From the IMG/VR virus record IMGVR_UViG_3300045988_130366: 64,000 nt of DNA; one strand, 5' to 3'. Under the pieces are notes generated by a model. It ran no database searches. It was not told the origin of the DNA and saw only the letters and a program-made list of their open reading frames with translations. This DNA is from a virus. Positions 29,328 through 40,520 of this stretch are shown here, in pieces; positions within the stretch are counted from its first letter, which is position 1, and each line of letters begins with the position of its first letter. A program made the position numbers and the translations under genes.

Positions 29328-31121
29328 TTGAAATCAAATATGGATTATCAACTTAAAACGCCATTGCTCCCAATTAAAAATGAATATACAGTGGTAGAGC
29401 GGGTATTTGCAATACGAGGAGTAGACCCAAAAGATATTCCTCATTATCTTAATACAACTAAAGAAGATATTTTAGACCCTGGTTTAATTATGAATATAGA
29501 TGAAGGAGTAAGAATGTTGGCAAAACATATTAGCCAACAGGATAAGATTTATATTCAAGTAGATAGTGACTGTGATGGTTTCACATCTGCGGCGTTCCTT
29601 ATTAACTATTTAAACCGATTATTTCCAGGATATACTCAGACAAAAATTTCATATGGATTGCATTCTGGTAAACAACATGGACTTTATGAAGAGTTTATTT
29701 CAGATTTTATAAATGAAGATTATAAATTAATTATTGCGCCAGATTCGTCAAGCAATAATTATGAAGTACATAAAAAACTTAAAGAACTTGGAATTGATGT
29801 ATTGGTTATTGACCACCATGAAGCTGAAAAAATTTCAGAAGATGCATGTGTAATAAATAATCAATTATGTGATTATCCAACTAAGTCCTTATCTGGTGTA
29901 GGTATGGTTTATAAATTCTGTTCTTATTTTGATTCAATTATGGGTACAGATTGGGCAAGTTACTATCTTGATTTGGCAGCACTTGGAATCATTGCAGATA
30001 TGATGGATATTAGAGATTTTGAAACAAGAGAAATTATTAATCTTGGTTTAGCATCTGTTGAAAACCCATTCTTTAAAGAGATGGTAAAGGTACAAGATTA
30101 TTCCATTAGCCGAGCAGGAGGCTTATGTCCATTTGCAGTTAGCTTTTATATTGCGCCGCAGATAAATGGAACTATTCGTATGGGTTCTGCAAATGAGAAA
30201 CTTATGCTTTTTGAATCTATGTTAGACTTTAAAGCTTATGACCAAATTCCTTCTACTAAAAGAGGATGTAAAGGCCAGTTTGAAACTCGTGTAGAGCAGG
30301 CTTGCCGCAATTGCACAAATATTAAACGTAATCAGTCTAAAGCCATTGATGCAAGTCTTCAAACGATTGAAGGAATTATAAAGGATAAATCTCTTGAAGA
30401 AAATAAAATTATTGCGGTTAAGCTTGCTGCTGGAGCAATAAATAAAAATTTAACTGGACTTATTGCAAATCAATTAATGGCTAAATATAATCATCCATTC
30501 CTTATTCTTATGGAACACCCACAAGAGGATGGCAGTATTAGTTTAGAAGGTTCTGGTAGAAGTTATGAAACTTCTAATTTTAATGATTTAAGAACATTTA
30601 TTCGAGATAGCGGTTATGCCAGTCTTGCAGAAGGTCATCCTAATGCATTTGGTGCAGCTATTCCAGAAGATAAGTTTAGTGATTTTATTCAATATTCAAA
30701 TGAAGCTTTAAAAGAATGTTCATTTACACCATGTCAGAAAGTTGATTTTATCTGGGATGCAAATGACTTTAAAGCAAATGATATTATTGATTTAGCTGAA
30801 TTAAATACTATTTGGGGACAAGAGCTTGCGGAACCGATTGTTGTAATTAAAAATGTTAAAGTAACCAAAGATAATTTATCTTATATGGGAAAAGGCGGCA
30901 GATGTCCTTCATTTAAAATCACTTTGCCTAATGGAACAAGCTTAATTAAGTTTAGAATTACTGATGAAGAATTTGATTCATTACTTCCTACTAATGCTAC
31001 TGGTAGTAAAAATGTTACAGTTATAGGAACTTGTGCAATTAATGAGTGGAATGGTCGTATAACTCCTCAGATTAAAGTTAGTGATTATGAAATCACAGGA
31101 GAGACTAAATATTATTTTTGA
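29328..31121 (+). CDS. recJ: RecJ-like DHH-family exonuclease
   Basis: DHH motifs: DSDCDGFTS, APDSS, VIDHHE; DHHA1-like C-terminal half. Confidence 0.8.
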   Translation: MKSNMDYQLKTPLLPIKNEYTVVERVFAIRGVDPKDIPHYLNTTKEDILDPGLIMNIDEGVRMLAKHISQQDKIYIQVDSDCDGFTSAAFLINYLNRLFPGYTQTKISYGLHSGKQHGLYEEFISDFINEDYKLIIAPDSSSNNYEVHKKLKELGIDVLVIDHHEAEKISEDACVINNQLCDYPTKSLSGVGMVYKFCSYFDSIMGTDWASYYLDLAALGIIADMMDIRDFETREIINLGLASVENPFFKEMVKVQDYSISRAGGLCPFAVSFYIAPQINGTIRMGSANEKLMLFESMLDFKAYDQIPSTKRGCKGQFETRVEQACRNCTNIKRNQSKAIDASLQTIEGIIKDKSLEENKIIAVKLAAGAINKNLTGLIANQLMAKYNHPFLILMEHPQEDGSISLEGSGRSYETSNFNDLRTFIRDSGYASLAEGHPNAFGAAIPEDKFSDFIQYSNEALKECSFTPCQKVDFIWDANDFKANDIIDLAELNTIWGQELAEPIVVIKNVKVTKDNLSYMGKGGRCPSFKITLPNGTSLIKFRITDEEFDSLLPTNATGSKNVTVIGTCAINEWNGRITPQIKVSDYEITGETKYYF

Positions 31122-31263
31122 AATTATATGGCGTATATAATGTACACCATATTTTTGTACCCATATGCGAGAATAGCAGGTCTTCCGGCGGTGATGGGCC
31201 CTAACAACCGTAATCCAAAATAAAAAGTGGTCTTAGAAATTTTTCACCAAAAATGCCTTATAT

Positions 31264-31292
31264 TGATTTTTTACTTAAAAAATGGTATAATA
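31264..31292 (+). promoter_or_regulatory. promoter (TTGATT … TGGTATAAT)
   Basis: -35/extended -10 pair upstream of 31323 ORF. Confidence 0.45.
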
Positions 31293-31322
31293 TTTATATA
31301 ATCAAAAGGGATGGTATATATT

Positions 31323-31616
31323 ATGATAAGAGAAGCTGAAGAATTAAAAAATAAATTAGATGTAACAGTAATCAATAGAGACCAATTAAATAAAATTTTA
31401 CTTGAAAGAATTAATTTTGCTTTTGATAGTTTATATTTTCGATATGCTATGGCTATCAAAGAGCTTGGTGAATATAAAGAAAGAGAAGCATTAAAAGAAG
31501 GTAGACATTTTTCCCGTAAAACTTGGGAAGATGGTCAGTGTATGCATTTTTATAACGTATTAGAGGAGATATTAGAAGCCCATGCAGAAGACCACCCACT
31601 TCGATCAAACAAATAA
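31323..31616 (+). CDS. hypothetical protein
   Basis: ORF after promoter. Confidence 0.4.
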   Translation: MIREAEELKNKLDVTVINRDQLNKILLERINFAFDSLYFRYAMAIKELGEYKEREALKEGRHFSRKTWEDGQCMHFYNVLEEILEAHAEDHPLRSNK

Positions 31617-31947
31617 TGACTCAATTAGAGTTTTTAAATTAACTAAAAGCGATATATTCTCAATTTCCATGAAAACATATATGAAAAGTTCATATTTATG
31701 GAATGGAAATTTTAAGATAATGGGATTTAAAAAAGAGCGAGTATGTTTATATTGGTGTTATCATAGGATTCCAACGCCGTTTAAACAGCAAATGATCAGA
31801 TTAATGTATATGAAAGAGAGTAATGAAATAAATGGTTAGATACGCGGAAAGAGAAAAAAGTTAGGACAAAACTAACGAAAGTATTATTTAAAAATTTTAA
31901 TAATATATAAGAAATAAAATATATTATTAAAAAGGAGAATTTATGAA

Positions 31948-32490
31948 ATGAAAGTAATTTGTACAGTGTGCGGAAAAGAATTTGAAGCACAGAAATCAAC
32001 TAAAAAATATTGCAGTAATGAATGTATGAATGCTGCAAGACGAAAAAAATATGCTGAAGCTAAAGCAGCTGGATTAGATCCTCATAATAAAGGGTTGCAA
32101 GAAAAAGAATGTCCGATATGTGGTAAAAAATTTATTCCTAAAAGTGCTGCAGCTAATCAAAGAATATGTTGTTATGATTGTATGCCAGAAGGCGTTCAAC
32201 TAACAAGAGGAGCTTTTTTAGCAAAAATAAAAGAGGCCAGAGGTGGAAAATGCATAAGATGTGGGTATAATAAATGTCTTAAAGCGCTTGAATTTCATCA
32301 TTTAGACCCGTCTCAGAAGGATTTTACTATTAGCAATGACCATTTTAAATTAAAAGAGGCTGTTGAAGAAAGTAAAAAATGTATTCTATTATGTTCTAAT
32401 TGCCATAAAGAATTCCATGCAGGACTTTGGTCTTTAGATGAGTTAAATTTAGAAGAAAAGGAGGAAGTAGAATCTTATGGAGTTAACTAA
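31948..32490 (+). CDS. HNH endonuclease (paralog of 408-974)
   Basis: CIRCGYNKC…EFHHLDPSQKDF…CSNCHKEFHAG nearly collinear with C-terminus of ORF 408-974. Confidence 0.8.
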   Translation: MKVICTVCGKEFEAQKSTKKYCSNECMNAARRKKYAEAKAAGLDPHNKGLQEKECPICGKKFIPKSAAANQRICCYDCMPEGVQLTRGAFLAKIKEARGGKCIRCGYNKCLKALEFHHLDPSQKDFTISNDHFKLKEAVEESKKCILLCSNCHKEFHAGLWSLDELNLEEKEEVESYGVN

Positions 32491-32572
32491 AAAACAACTC
32501 GAAGGTTTGAAAATTGCCGTAGCCAGATTTCACAGTAATGAAAAATATACTGTGATTGCTGGCTACGCCTAA
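32477..32572 (+). CDS. dda: Dda-like SF1 helicase, N-terminal 31 codons (frame A) ending at in-frame UAA
   Basis: MELTKKQLEGLKIAVARFHSNEKYTVIAGYA* aligns with T4 Dda LTEGQKNAFNIVMKAIKEKKHHVTINGPA. Confidence 0.6.
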   Translation: MELTKKQLEGLKIAVARFHSNEKYTVIAGYA

Positions 32573-33665
32573 GGTAGGTACTGGTAAGTCCACACTTGTG
32601 AAGTTCATCATCGAGGCCCTTGATGTTGATCCGAGTAAAGTGGCATATGCTACTTTTACCGGTAAGGCAGCAGAAGTTCTTCGTAAAAAGGGAAATAAGA
32701 ATGCTTGCACTTTACATAAATTACTTTATGAGCATATCCCAAGACCAGGTGGAGGTTTTTTTAGAAAACCAAAATCTACTATTGAATATAGCATTATTGT
32801 AGTGGATGAGATTTCAATGGTGCCAGTAGGCATGATGCAACAGCTTTTTAAACATAAAGTGTATGTTATTTGTTTAGGTGACCCATTCCAGATTCCTCCA
32901 ATAGAGAAAGATCAAGATAATCACTTACTTGATAACCCTCATATTTTCTTAGATGAAATTATGCGGCAGGCCGCAGATTCTGAAATTATTAGACTTAGCA
33001 TTGACATTCGAGAAATGAAACCTTTAGAGTTATTTAAAGGAAAAAATGTTCAAGTAATTGACCAAAAAGATTATGAAGCTGGTATGGTTCTTTGGGCTGA
33101 TCAGATTATTTGTGGAACCAATGCCGCAGTTGAAGAGATTAATGTTTATGCAAGAAATCTGTTGGGAAGAGGCCCGCTTCCAGAAGATGGAGATAAAATT
33201 CTTTGTAGACAAAATTATTGGGAAGATATTAGTGATGACCATAATGCCTTAGTTAATGGTACCATTGGTTATTTAAAAAACCCTAAAAATAGATTTATTT
33301 ATTTCCCATATTGGATTGGAACTTCTGTCCCATCAGTACAAGCCATTCAATGTGATATAGAGACTGATGAAGGAGATATTTATAAAGATTTATATCTGGA
33401 TAAAACTATGCTTACTCATGGAGCAAGATGTCTTGATAATAGAGATATTTATAAAATTGGTAAGCATCGTGAAAGAGTTGGAGATTTAGTTCCAAAATTT
33501 TTTACTTATGGATATGGAATTACTGGACATAAGGCTCAAGGTTCTGAATGGGATAATGTTTTAGTTCTTGAAGAGCCATTTCCAAGAGTAAGGTTGGAAC
33601 ATGCAAGATGGCTTTATACTGCAATAACCAGAGCATCTGAAAAAGTAATTGTAAGGAGAAAATAA
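32571..33665 (+). CDS. dda: Dda-like SF1 helicase, remainder (frame B, +1 relative to N-terminal piece)
   Basis: KVGTGKSTLVKFIIEAL (cf. T4 Dda AGTGKTTLTKFIIEAL), motif II VVDEISMV, later helicase motifs; requires +1 shift at GCC-U-AAG. Confidence 0.75.
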   Translation, partial: KVGTGKSTLVKFIIEALDVDPSKVAYATFTGKAAEVLRKKGNKNACTLHKLLYEHIPRPGGGFFRKPKSTIEYSIIVVDEISMVPVGMMQQLFKHKVYVICLGDPFQIPPIEKDQDNHLLDNPHIFLDEIMRQAADSEIIRLSIDIREMKPLELFKGKNVQVIDQKDYEAGMVLWADQIICGTNAAVEEINVYARNLLGRGPLPEDGDKILCRQNYWEDISDDHNALVNGTIGYLKNPKNRFIYFPYWIGTSVPSVQAIQCDIETDEGDIYKDLYLDKTMLTHGARCLDNRDIYKIGKHRERVGDLVPKFFTYGYGITGHKAQGSEWDNVLVLEEPFPRVRLEHARWLYTAITRASEKVIVRRK

Positions 33666-33666
33666 T

Positions 33667-34308
33667 ATGAATGTAGTTACAATAGATTTTGATATTATTA
33701 TGGAGCCAAGTATTAGTTTTTATAATAATATGGTGGATATTGAAGACCCAATGAAAGATTATGTAGATAAATTTTCATTTCTTACAAATATCCCCGCCAA
33801 TTTATATATTTATGATTATCTAACTCGTTATATCGTACGTGCGGCAAAGCAAAATCAAGAGATTTATTTTGTAAATAGTCATGATAAAGTGATTGATATT
33901 CTTAAAACGATTCCTCACGATGAGCAGATTGATTTATATAATATTGACTATCATCATGACTTAGGATATGATATGGAGTCTGCGGACTGGATGCGCCCAA
34001 TGTTTAAATATGATTTAAGTAATTGGGTCAAATATGCAAGAGATAAAAAAATGGTTGATACTTTTTATTGGATTCACAATGAAAATTCTGACCCTTATCC
34101 AAGCGAGGCCGCAAGATATGTTACAGAAGATTATATCTTAAAGGACTTTAATTTAGAAGATGACAAAAATGCTCCAGATGTTTTAATTATTTGTTCTTCT
34201 TTTGAATGGATTCCGCCTGTTTATCAGCCATTGTTTTATTCATGGAATACTATCTGTAGTGAAATCACAGGAAAAGAATATCCTTTTGACAGCATTGAAA
34301 AAATATGA
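33667..34308 (+). CDS. hypothetical protein
   Basis: ORF overlapping upstream stop. Confidence 0.45.
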   Translation: MNVVTIDFDIIMEPSISFYNNMVDIEDPMKDYVDKFSFLTNIPANLYIYDYLTRYIVRAAKQNQEIYFVNSHDKVIDILKTIPHDEQIDLYNIDYHHDLGYDMESADWMRPMFKYDLSNWVKYARDKKMVDTFYWIHNENSDPYPSEAARYVTEDYILKDFNLEDDKNAPDVLIICSSFEWIPPVYQPLFYSWNTICSEITGKEYPFDSIEKI

Positions 34309-34356
34309 TATAATATTTATATAATTGAGAATAGTATAGATAGAGGAAGATAATAA

Positions 34357-36881
34357 ATGAGCAAAAAGTGGTTTAATTGTCATAACCATACAGAGTATTC
34401 AAACTTACGTCTTTTGGATTCAACCAATCACCCAAAAGATTTAATCAATAAAGCAATCGAATTAGGACTTAGTGGTATCTGTATAACTGACCATGAGGCC
34501 CTTTGTGCGCACGTTGAAATAAATAAAATTGCAACAGAGTTAAGAGAAACAAATCCTGATTTTGTGATTGGATTAGGAAATGAGATTTATTTAACTGATA
34601 CAAGAAATCATGGTCAGAAATATTATCATTTTATTTTGATTGCTAAAGATGCAATCGGTCATAAAGCGTTAAGAGAGTTAAGTTCTACAGCTTGGTATTA
34701 TTCATATATGGATAGAGGTATGGAAAGAGTTCCAACTTTAAAAGATGAATTAACTGAGATTGTAAGACATTATAAAGGTCATTTAATTGCAACAAGTGCA
34801 TGTATTGGTGGAGAATTATCTTCATGGTCTTTATTATATGCAGAAGCATTAAAGGTAAATGACCAAAAGATGGCAATGGAGTTTCAGAAAAAGATTCAAG
34901 ATTTTATGAATTTTGTTCTTGATTTATTTGGAGATGATTTTTATATTGAATGTGCTCCATCTAATAAAGAAGATCAAATGACTGTAAATTCTCAGTTGTT
35001 TAAAATTGCAACTGCATATAATGTTAAAATGGTTGTTGGAACTGACTCTCATTATTTAACAAAAGAAGATAGAATGGTTCATAAAGCATATCTTAATTCA
35101 AAAGGTGGAGAGCGTGAAGTTGATGACTTTTATGAATTTGCCAGACTTATGGATAGCGATGAAGTGGAAGAATTATTATCTCCATGTTTTCCAGATGGAT
35201 ATGTAGATGTAATTTTTGAAAACACTTTAGATTTACAAAATAAAATTGAATATTATAGTCTTTTTCATAAGCAGGATATTCCATCTGTAGAAGTTAAAGA
35301 TTATCCAAAAGTAAGAGGATTTAAACAATATCCACATTTATCTGCAATGTTAATGGATGATGATATTCAGAATCGTTATTGGGTAAATGAATGTTTAAAT
35401 CAGCTTGAAAAACTTGAAAAAATTAATGATAGACGTTATCTTGATGAGCTTGAAGAAGAAGCACGAGTTAAAAGTATCATTAGTGAAAAACTTGAAACAA
35501 ATATGTTTCGTTATCCAAATACACTTCAGCATTATATTGATATGATTTGGGATTGCGGTTCAATGGTAGGTGCTGGTCGTGGTTCCAGTTGTGCCGCGCT
35601 TAATCATTACCTTATGGGAATTACTCAGTTGGATCCTATTGAATGGGATTTACCTTTCTTCCGTTATCTTAATGAAGAGAGAATTGAGCTTGGTGATATT
35701 GATATTGACATATGCCCGTCTAAACGTCCGGAAATTCTTCGTAAAATTAAAGAAGAGCGTGGAAAGATGTTCTATGATAATATCATGGAATGGGCAAAGA
35801 AAAATCTTGGATGTACTCTTGTAGCAACATTCGGTACAGAAGGAACCAAATCTGCAATTCAGACAGCTTGTAGAGGTTATAGAAGTGAGGATTATCCAGA
35901 AGGAATTGATGTTGATGAAGCTCAGTATATGAGTTCATTAATTCCAGAGGAAAGGGGTTTTTTATGGACAATTAAAGAAGTTGTTTATGGAAATCCAGAA
36001 AAAGGTCGTAAACCTGTTAAGACATTTGTAAATGAAGTAAATAAATATCCAGGTTTATTGGATATTATTGTAGCTATTGAAGGTCTTGTAAACCATAGAG
36101 GCTCTCATGCATCTGGTGTAATTTTATTTGGAGATGACCCATTTGAGCATAGTGCTTTTATGAAAACTCCAAAAGGTGAGATTACTACTCAGTTTGACTT
36201 ACATGATGCAGAGTATATGGGATTAACAAAATATGATTTTCTTGTAACTGAGGTTCAGGATAAGTTGGTTCAAACTATTCAATTACTCCAAGAGGATAAT
36301 GAAATTGAGCCAGAATTAAGTTTGCGGGAAGTCTATGATAAATATTTTCATCCTAATGTTTTACCTTTAAATGATCAAAAGATTTGGGATGCATTGGGTA
36401 AAGTATCTGTTATTAATACTTTCCAGTTTGATTCTCAGGTTGGTGCGCAGGTTGCAAAGAAATTAAAACCTCAGAATGTATTGGAAATGGCGGATGCGAA
36501 TGGTCTAATGAGACTTATGGGCGAAGATGGAGAAGAACGCCCAATGGATAAATATTATCGTTTTAAACAAAACATTCAGTTATGGTATGATGAAATGACA
36601 AAATTTGGTCTTACCAAAGAAGAGCAGAAAACTCTTGAACCTTACTTTAAGAGTTCTTATGGAGTTCCGCCTTCACAGGAACAGTTAATGAGAATGTTGA
36701 TGGATGATAAGATTTGTCACTTCAGTCTTGGAGAAGCAAATGCGGCTCGTAAGATTGTTGGTAAAAAGCAGATGAATAAAATTCCAGCTTTGCATGAAAA
36801 GGTATTGGCACAGGCGGCAAGTGAGAAGCTTGGCCAGTATGTATGGAAATGTGGAGTTGGCCCGCAGATGGGTTATTCATT
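34357..36881 (+). CDS. dnaE: DNA polymerase III alpha (DnaE-type), exon 1 (PHP, palm, fingers up to …QMGYSF)
   Basis: PHP motif CHNHTEYS…ITDHEAL, DnaE palm/fingers similarity, ends in conserved GYxF of the GYGFNKSH region; exact 5' splice site +/- few nt. Confidence 0.75.
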
Positions 36882-38115
36882 TAGCGTTGTGTAAATGGCG
36901 CTTACACACTTAACCACTTATCGGTGGGGTAATTAAAACATTAATATATTTGGCAAATATAGTTTTAATTGCTAACGAGGGTAAAATCTCGTGACAAATT
37001 TCTTTAATAGAGGTATAGTGTTTTTCATTTATACATGAGAACAATAGCCATGTATAAAGGAGAATATTTATGTATTATATTTATAAATTCACAAATAAAA
37101 CAAATGGTAAGATTTATATTGGGCAAACTAATAATATTCAAAAACGAAAAAATGGTCATAGAAGTGATTCTTTTAATGAAAAAAGTTCTGGATATAATTT
37201 ACCATTTCATTCTGCAATAAGAAAATATGGTTGGGATAATTTTAATTTTGATATTCTTGAAGAAATATCAGATGGAGAGTCTCAAGATTATATTGATGAA
37301 AGAGAAATTTTTTTCATTCAATATTATCATTCTTTAAAAGACGAAAATGGATATAATATTTCTATTGGGGGTCAAGGATATAAAAGACAACCCTTAACTT
37401 ATGAAGAAAGATTGAATCTATCTAAGTTATTTAAAAAAGAAGAGATTATTGATATTCAAAATCGTTTAATGAATGATGAAGAATATGATGATATTGAAAA
37501 AATTTATTATCCTAAATTAAAACGAACATTTTTAGTCAATATAAATACTGGAACAAATTATTTTAATGAAAAATTTGATTATCCTTTAAAGAAAAATTCC
37601 AGAAGTCGTTTTTCTCAAAAAGAAATTCGAGAAATAAAAGATAGAATTAAAAGTGGAGAGAAATATAAATCCATTCAAGAAGATTTTAATATTAAATCCG
37701 CAGGATTTTTATCTATGATAAATACTGGAAAATATTTTTATAGTAATCAAGATACATATCCACTTTGTGATAAAGGAAGTAATAAAGCTAAAAATGAAGT
37801 TTGGGTTCAAGGTATTATAAAAGATATCTTAGAAACAGAATTATCATTAAAAGATATTTCTAAAAAATGGAATAAAAGTTACGCTACAGTTAAAAATATT
37901 AACTCTGGTCGTTCTCATAAAAAAGAAAAATATAAATACCCTCTTAGAGATAATAAATAAATCTATTAAAAGAAAAATGTTGTATCGACTATCCTGGGTT
38001 AGACCGGGAGTACTGGAACTATTGATACGTTCTGGGAAATAGTGTGCGGATAAGGGGTATGCCAAAACCTCACTACAACATCCGTAAAAAATAGTCAGTA
38101 ATTTAAAAAATTATG
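36882..38115 (+). mobile_element. group I intron in dnaE carrying GIY-YIG homing endonuclease ORF
   Basis: Shared core TGTATCGACTATCC…CTATTGATACG…AATAGTCAGTAATTT…TTATG omega-G; exon 2 resumes (F)IHALAYSFIGVQTLY matching DnaE [13 protein letters not shown]. Confidence 0.7.
37070..37960 (+). CDS. GIY-YIG homing endonuclease (intron-encoded)
   Basis: YIYKFTNKTNGKIYIGQTNNIQKRKNGH motif. Confidence 0.8.
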   Translation: MYYIYKFTNKTNGKIYIGQTNNIQKRKNGHRSDSFNEKSSGYNLPFHSAIRKYGWDNFNFDILEEISDGESQDYIDEREIFFIQYYHSLKDENGYNISIGGQGYKRQPLTYEERLNLSKLFKKEEIIDIQNRLMNDEEYDDIEKIYYPKLKRTFLVNINTGTNYFNEKFDYPLKKNSRSRFSQKEIREIKDRIKSGEKYKSIQEDFNIKSAGFLSMINTGKYFYSNQDTYPLCDKGSNKAKNEVWVQGIIKDILETELSLKDISKKWNKSYATVKNINSGRSHKKEKYKYPLRDNK

Positions 38116-39511
38116 TATACACGCTTTAGCTTATAGTTTCATTGGTGTTCAAACATTATATATTGCAACAAATTGGAATCCTATTTATTGGGATTGTGCA
38201 TGTTTAATTGTAAACAGTGGTTCACTTGAAGATAATAGTGAGTTAGAGATTGATGAGGATAATGAATCTGAATCTATTTCCGTGAAGAAAACAGCTTCAA
38301 CTGATTATGGAAAAATCGCAAAGGCGATGGGTGAAATTATATCTGCGGGAATTAAAATGAGCCTTGTTGATATAAATAATTCAGATTATGGATTTAAACC
38401 TGATGCTAAAAATAATCAGATTCTTTATGGAATGAAAGGTTTATTGAATGTCAGTGATGCGGTAATTGATGATATTATCAAAAATAGACCTTATATTTCA
38501 CCTAAAGACTTTTTATTAAAAGTGCGTCCAAATAAACAGGCAATGATTTCACTTATTAAAGGTGGAGCATTTGATACAATGATTGACCGCAAGATTTGTA
38601 TGGGTTGGTATATTTGGGAAACTTGTGATAAGAAGAAACGAATTACTTTACAAAACATGGGAGGTTTGATTAAATATAATCTTCTTCCAGAAAAAAATGA
38701 ACAACAGATTATGGCGAGAAGAGTTTATGAATTTAATCGTTATCTAAAATCTGTTTGTAAGATTAAAGGTGATACAACTAATTATCATATAGATGATAGA
38801 GCAATGAATTTTTTGATTGAAATGGAACATGATGATTTATTAGAGGGTTATTCTTTAAATATGAAAGCATGGGACAAAGTATATCAGAAATGGATGGATG
38901 TATTCAGAGAGTGGATTGCGGAAGAAAAAGAACAGATTCTTCAGAACTTAAATGAAAAAATCTTTAAGGATGATTGGGATAAATATGCTCAAGGAACTTT
39001 ATCAGCTTGGGAAATGCAGGCATTATGTTTCTATTACCATGAACATGAATTATCTCATGTTGATACTCAAAGATATGGTTTTGTTGATTTTGATAAGCTG
39101 CCGCAAGAACCTATTGTAGAAAGAACATTTACAAAAGGTGCAAAGCAAATTAATATATTCAAATTGAATAAAATTTGCGGAACTTGTATTGCTAAAAATA
39201 AAACTAAAAGTACAGTAACTATATTGACAACTTCTGGAGTAGTTAATGTTAAATTTAGAAAAGAATATTTCTCATTATTTGATAAGCAGATTTCTGAAAA
39301 ACAAGAAGATGGAACTAAAAAAGTTCGAGAAAAATCTTGGTTCAATCGAGGAAATATGATTATAGTAATGGGCATTAGGTCAGGGGATGATTTCATTTCT
39401 AAGAAATATGCTTCTTCTAATGGACATCAATTATATAAGATTGATAAAATTAATGAAGATGGAAGTTTGGAAATTAGAAGTGATAGATACCAAGGAGAAG
39501 ATGTTTTTTAA
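38116..39511 (+). CDS. dnaE: DNA polymerase III alpha (DnaE-type), exon 2 (C-terminal: HhH, beta-binding region, OB fold)
   Basis: …IHALAYSFIGVQTLYIA… then DINNSDYGFKP / GMKGL (cf. DnaE DINRSD…GLGAIKG). Confidence 0.7.
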
Positions 39512-39550
39512 CATCTTCTCTAATATATCAATAAAAAGGAGAATAAAGAT

Positions 39551-39892
39551 ATGAGTCAAGTAGTAAAAAGAGTTTGTGATTTATGTGGACATGAAATTAC
39601 AGAAAATTTAGACACTGGTAATATTAATTTTAATTATGCAAATTCTATGGGCTATATGTGTAGTCATAACATGGATATTTGTAAAGAGTGTGCCCCAAAG
39701 ATTGTTCCTGCTCTTCACAAAACCTTAACAGATTTGTTTAAATTAAAAGAAAGTGATAATGAGGTTTCTGATTTAGCTACATTCTTCCAAAGAGAAAGTA
39801 TTATGCAGGAAGAGATAGATAAAGCAAATAAGCCAGGTGGAAATACTACACCAGGAGAGTCAACAGATAAAGAGGAAGAAGCAAGCGTATGA
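39551..39892 (+). CDS. hypothetical zinc-ribbon protein
   Basis: CDLCGH…CKEC. Confidence 0.4.
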   Translation: MSQVVKRVCDLCGHEITENLDTGNINFNYANSMGYMCSHNMDICKECAPKIVPALHKTLTDLFKLKESDNEVSDLATFFQRESIMQEEIDKANKPGGNTTPGESTDKEEEASV

Positions 39893-40461
39893 TAGGTTCT
39901 TATAAAATTCTTGCCATTATTGGAGAAGCTGGTAGCGGAAAAGATACTCTTATGCAAGAGGTTTTAAAAGTTAATCATAATCTCCATGAGATAGTTAGTT
40001 TTACAACAAGACCTCCAAGAGAAGGAGAAAAAGACGGAATTAATTATCATTTTGTTTCTGGTGAAGAATTTGCAGAAAAGCTTCTGGCAGGTGAAATGCT
40101 GGAAGCTGCCTGCTTCAATGATTGGTTTTATGGAACTGGTTTTGGCTCATTGCGCTCTGATTGTGTTAATATCGGAGTCTTTAATCCAGAAGGAATTGAT
40201 AGTTTAATGGCTCATAAAAATATTGAGATTGTTGTATATTATGTAACTGCTAAAGATAAGACTCGATTATTGCGGCAATTGAATAGAGAAGAAAATCCAA
40301 ATGTTGATGAAATTATTAGAAGATATAAAGCTGATAAAGATGATTTTGCTGATTTAGATTTTCATTATAATGAAATAGTAAATGAAGATAGAAAAGATAT
40401 GAACTTCAATGTGAAAGTTGTATCTGCTGCGGCACAGCGGTTGGAGAACAGGATTGGATAA
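39889..40461 (+). CDS. guanylate-kinase-family (d)NMP kinase
   Basis: P-loop GEAGSGKDT, …SFTTRPPREGEKDGINYHFVS… guanylate kinase signature. Confidence 0.7.
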   Translation: MIGSYKILAIIGEAGSGKDTLMQEVLKVNHNLHEIVSFTTRPPREGEKDGINYHFVSGEEFAEKLLAGEMLEAACFNDWFYGTGFGSLRSDCVNIGVFNPEGIDSLMAHKNIEIVVYYVTAKDKTRLLRQLNREENPNVDEIIRRYKADKDDFADLDFHYNEIVNEDRKDMNFNVKVVSAAAQRLENRIG

Positions 40462-40520
40462 TTTATCCATCACAAAAACCATATATAGTGTTAAGACTTA
40501 AAAAATTTTACTAAATATAG

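Noticed and set aside
31582-31839. 85-aa ORF after 31323 gene
   Set aside because: No RBS, overlaps upstream gene, lies in AT-rich intergenic stretch; probably non-coding.
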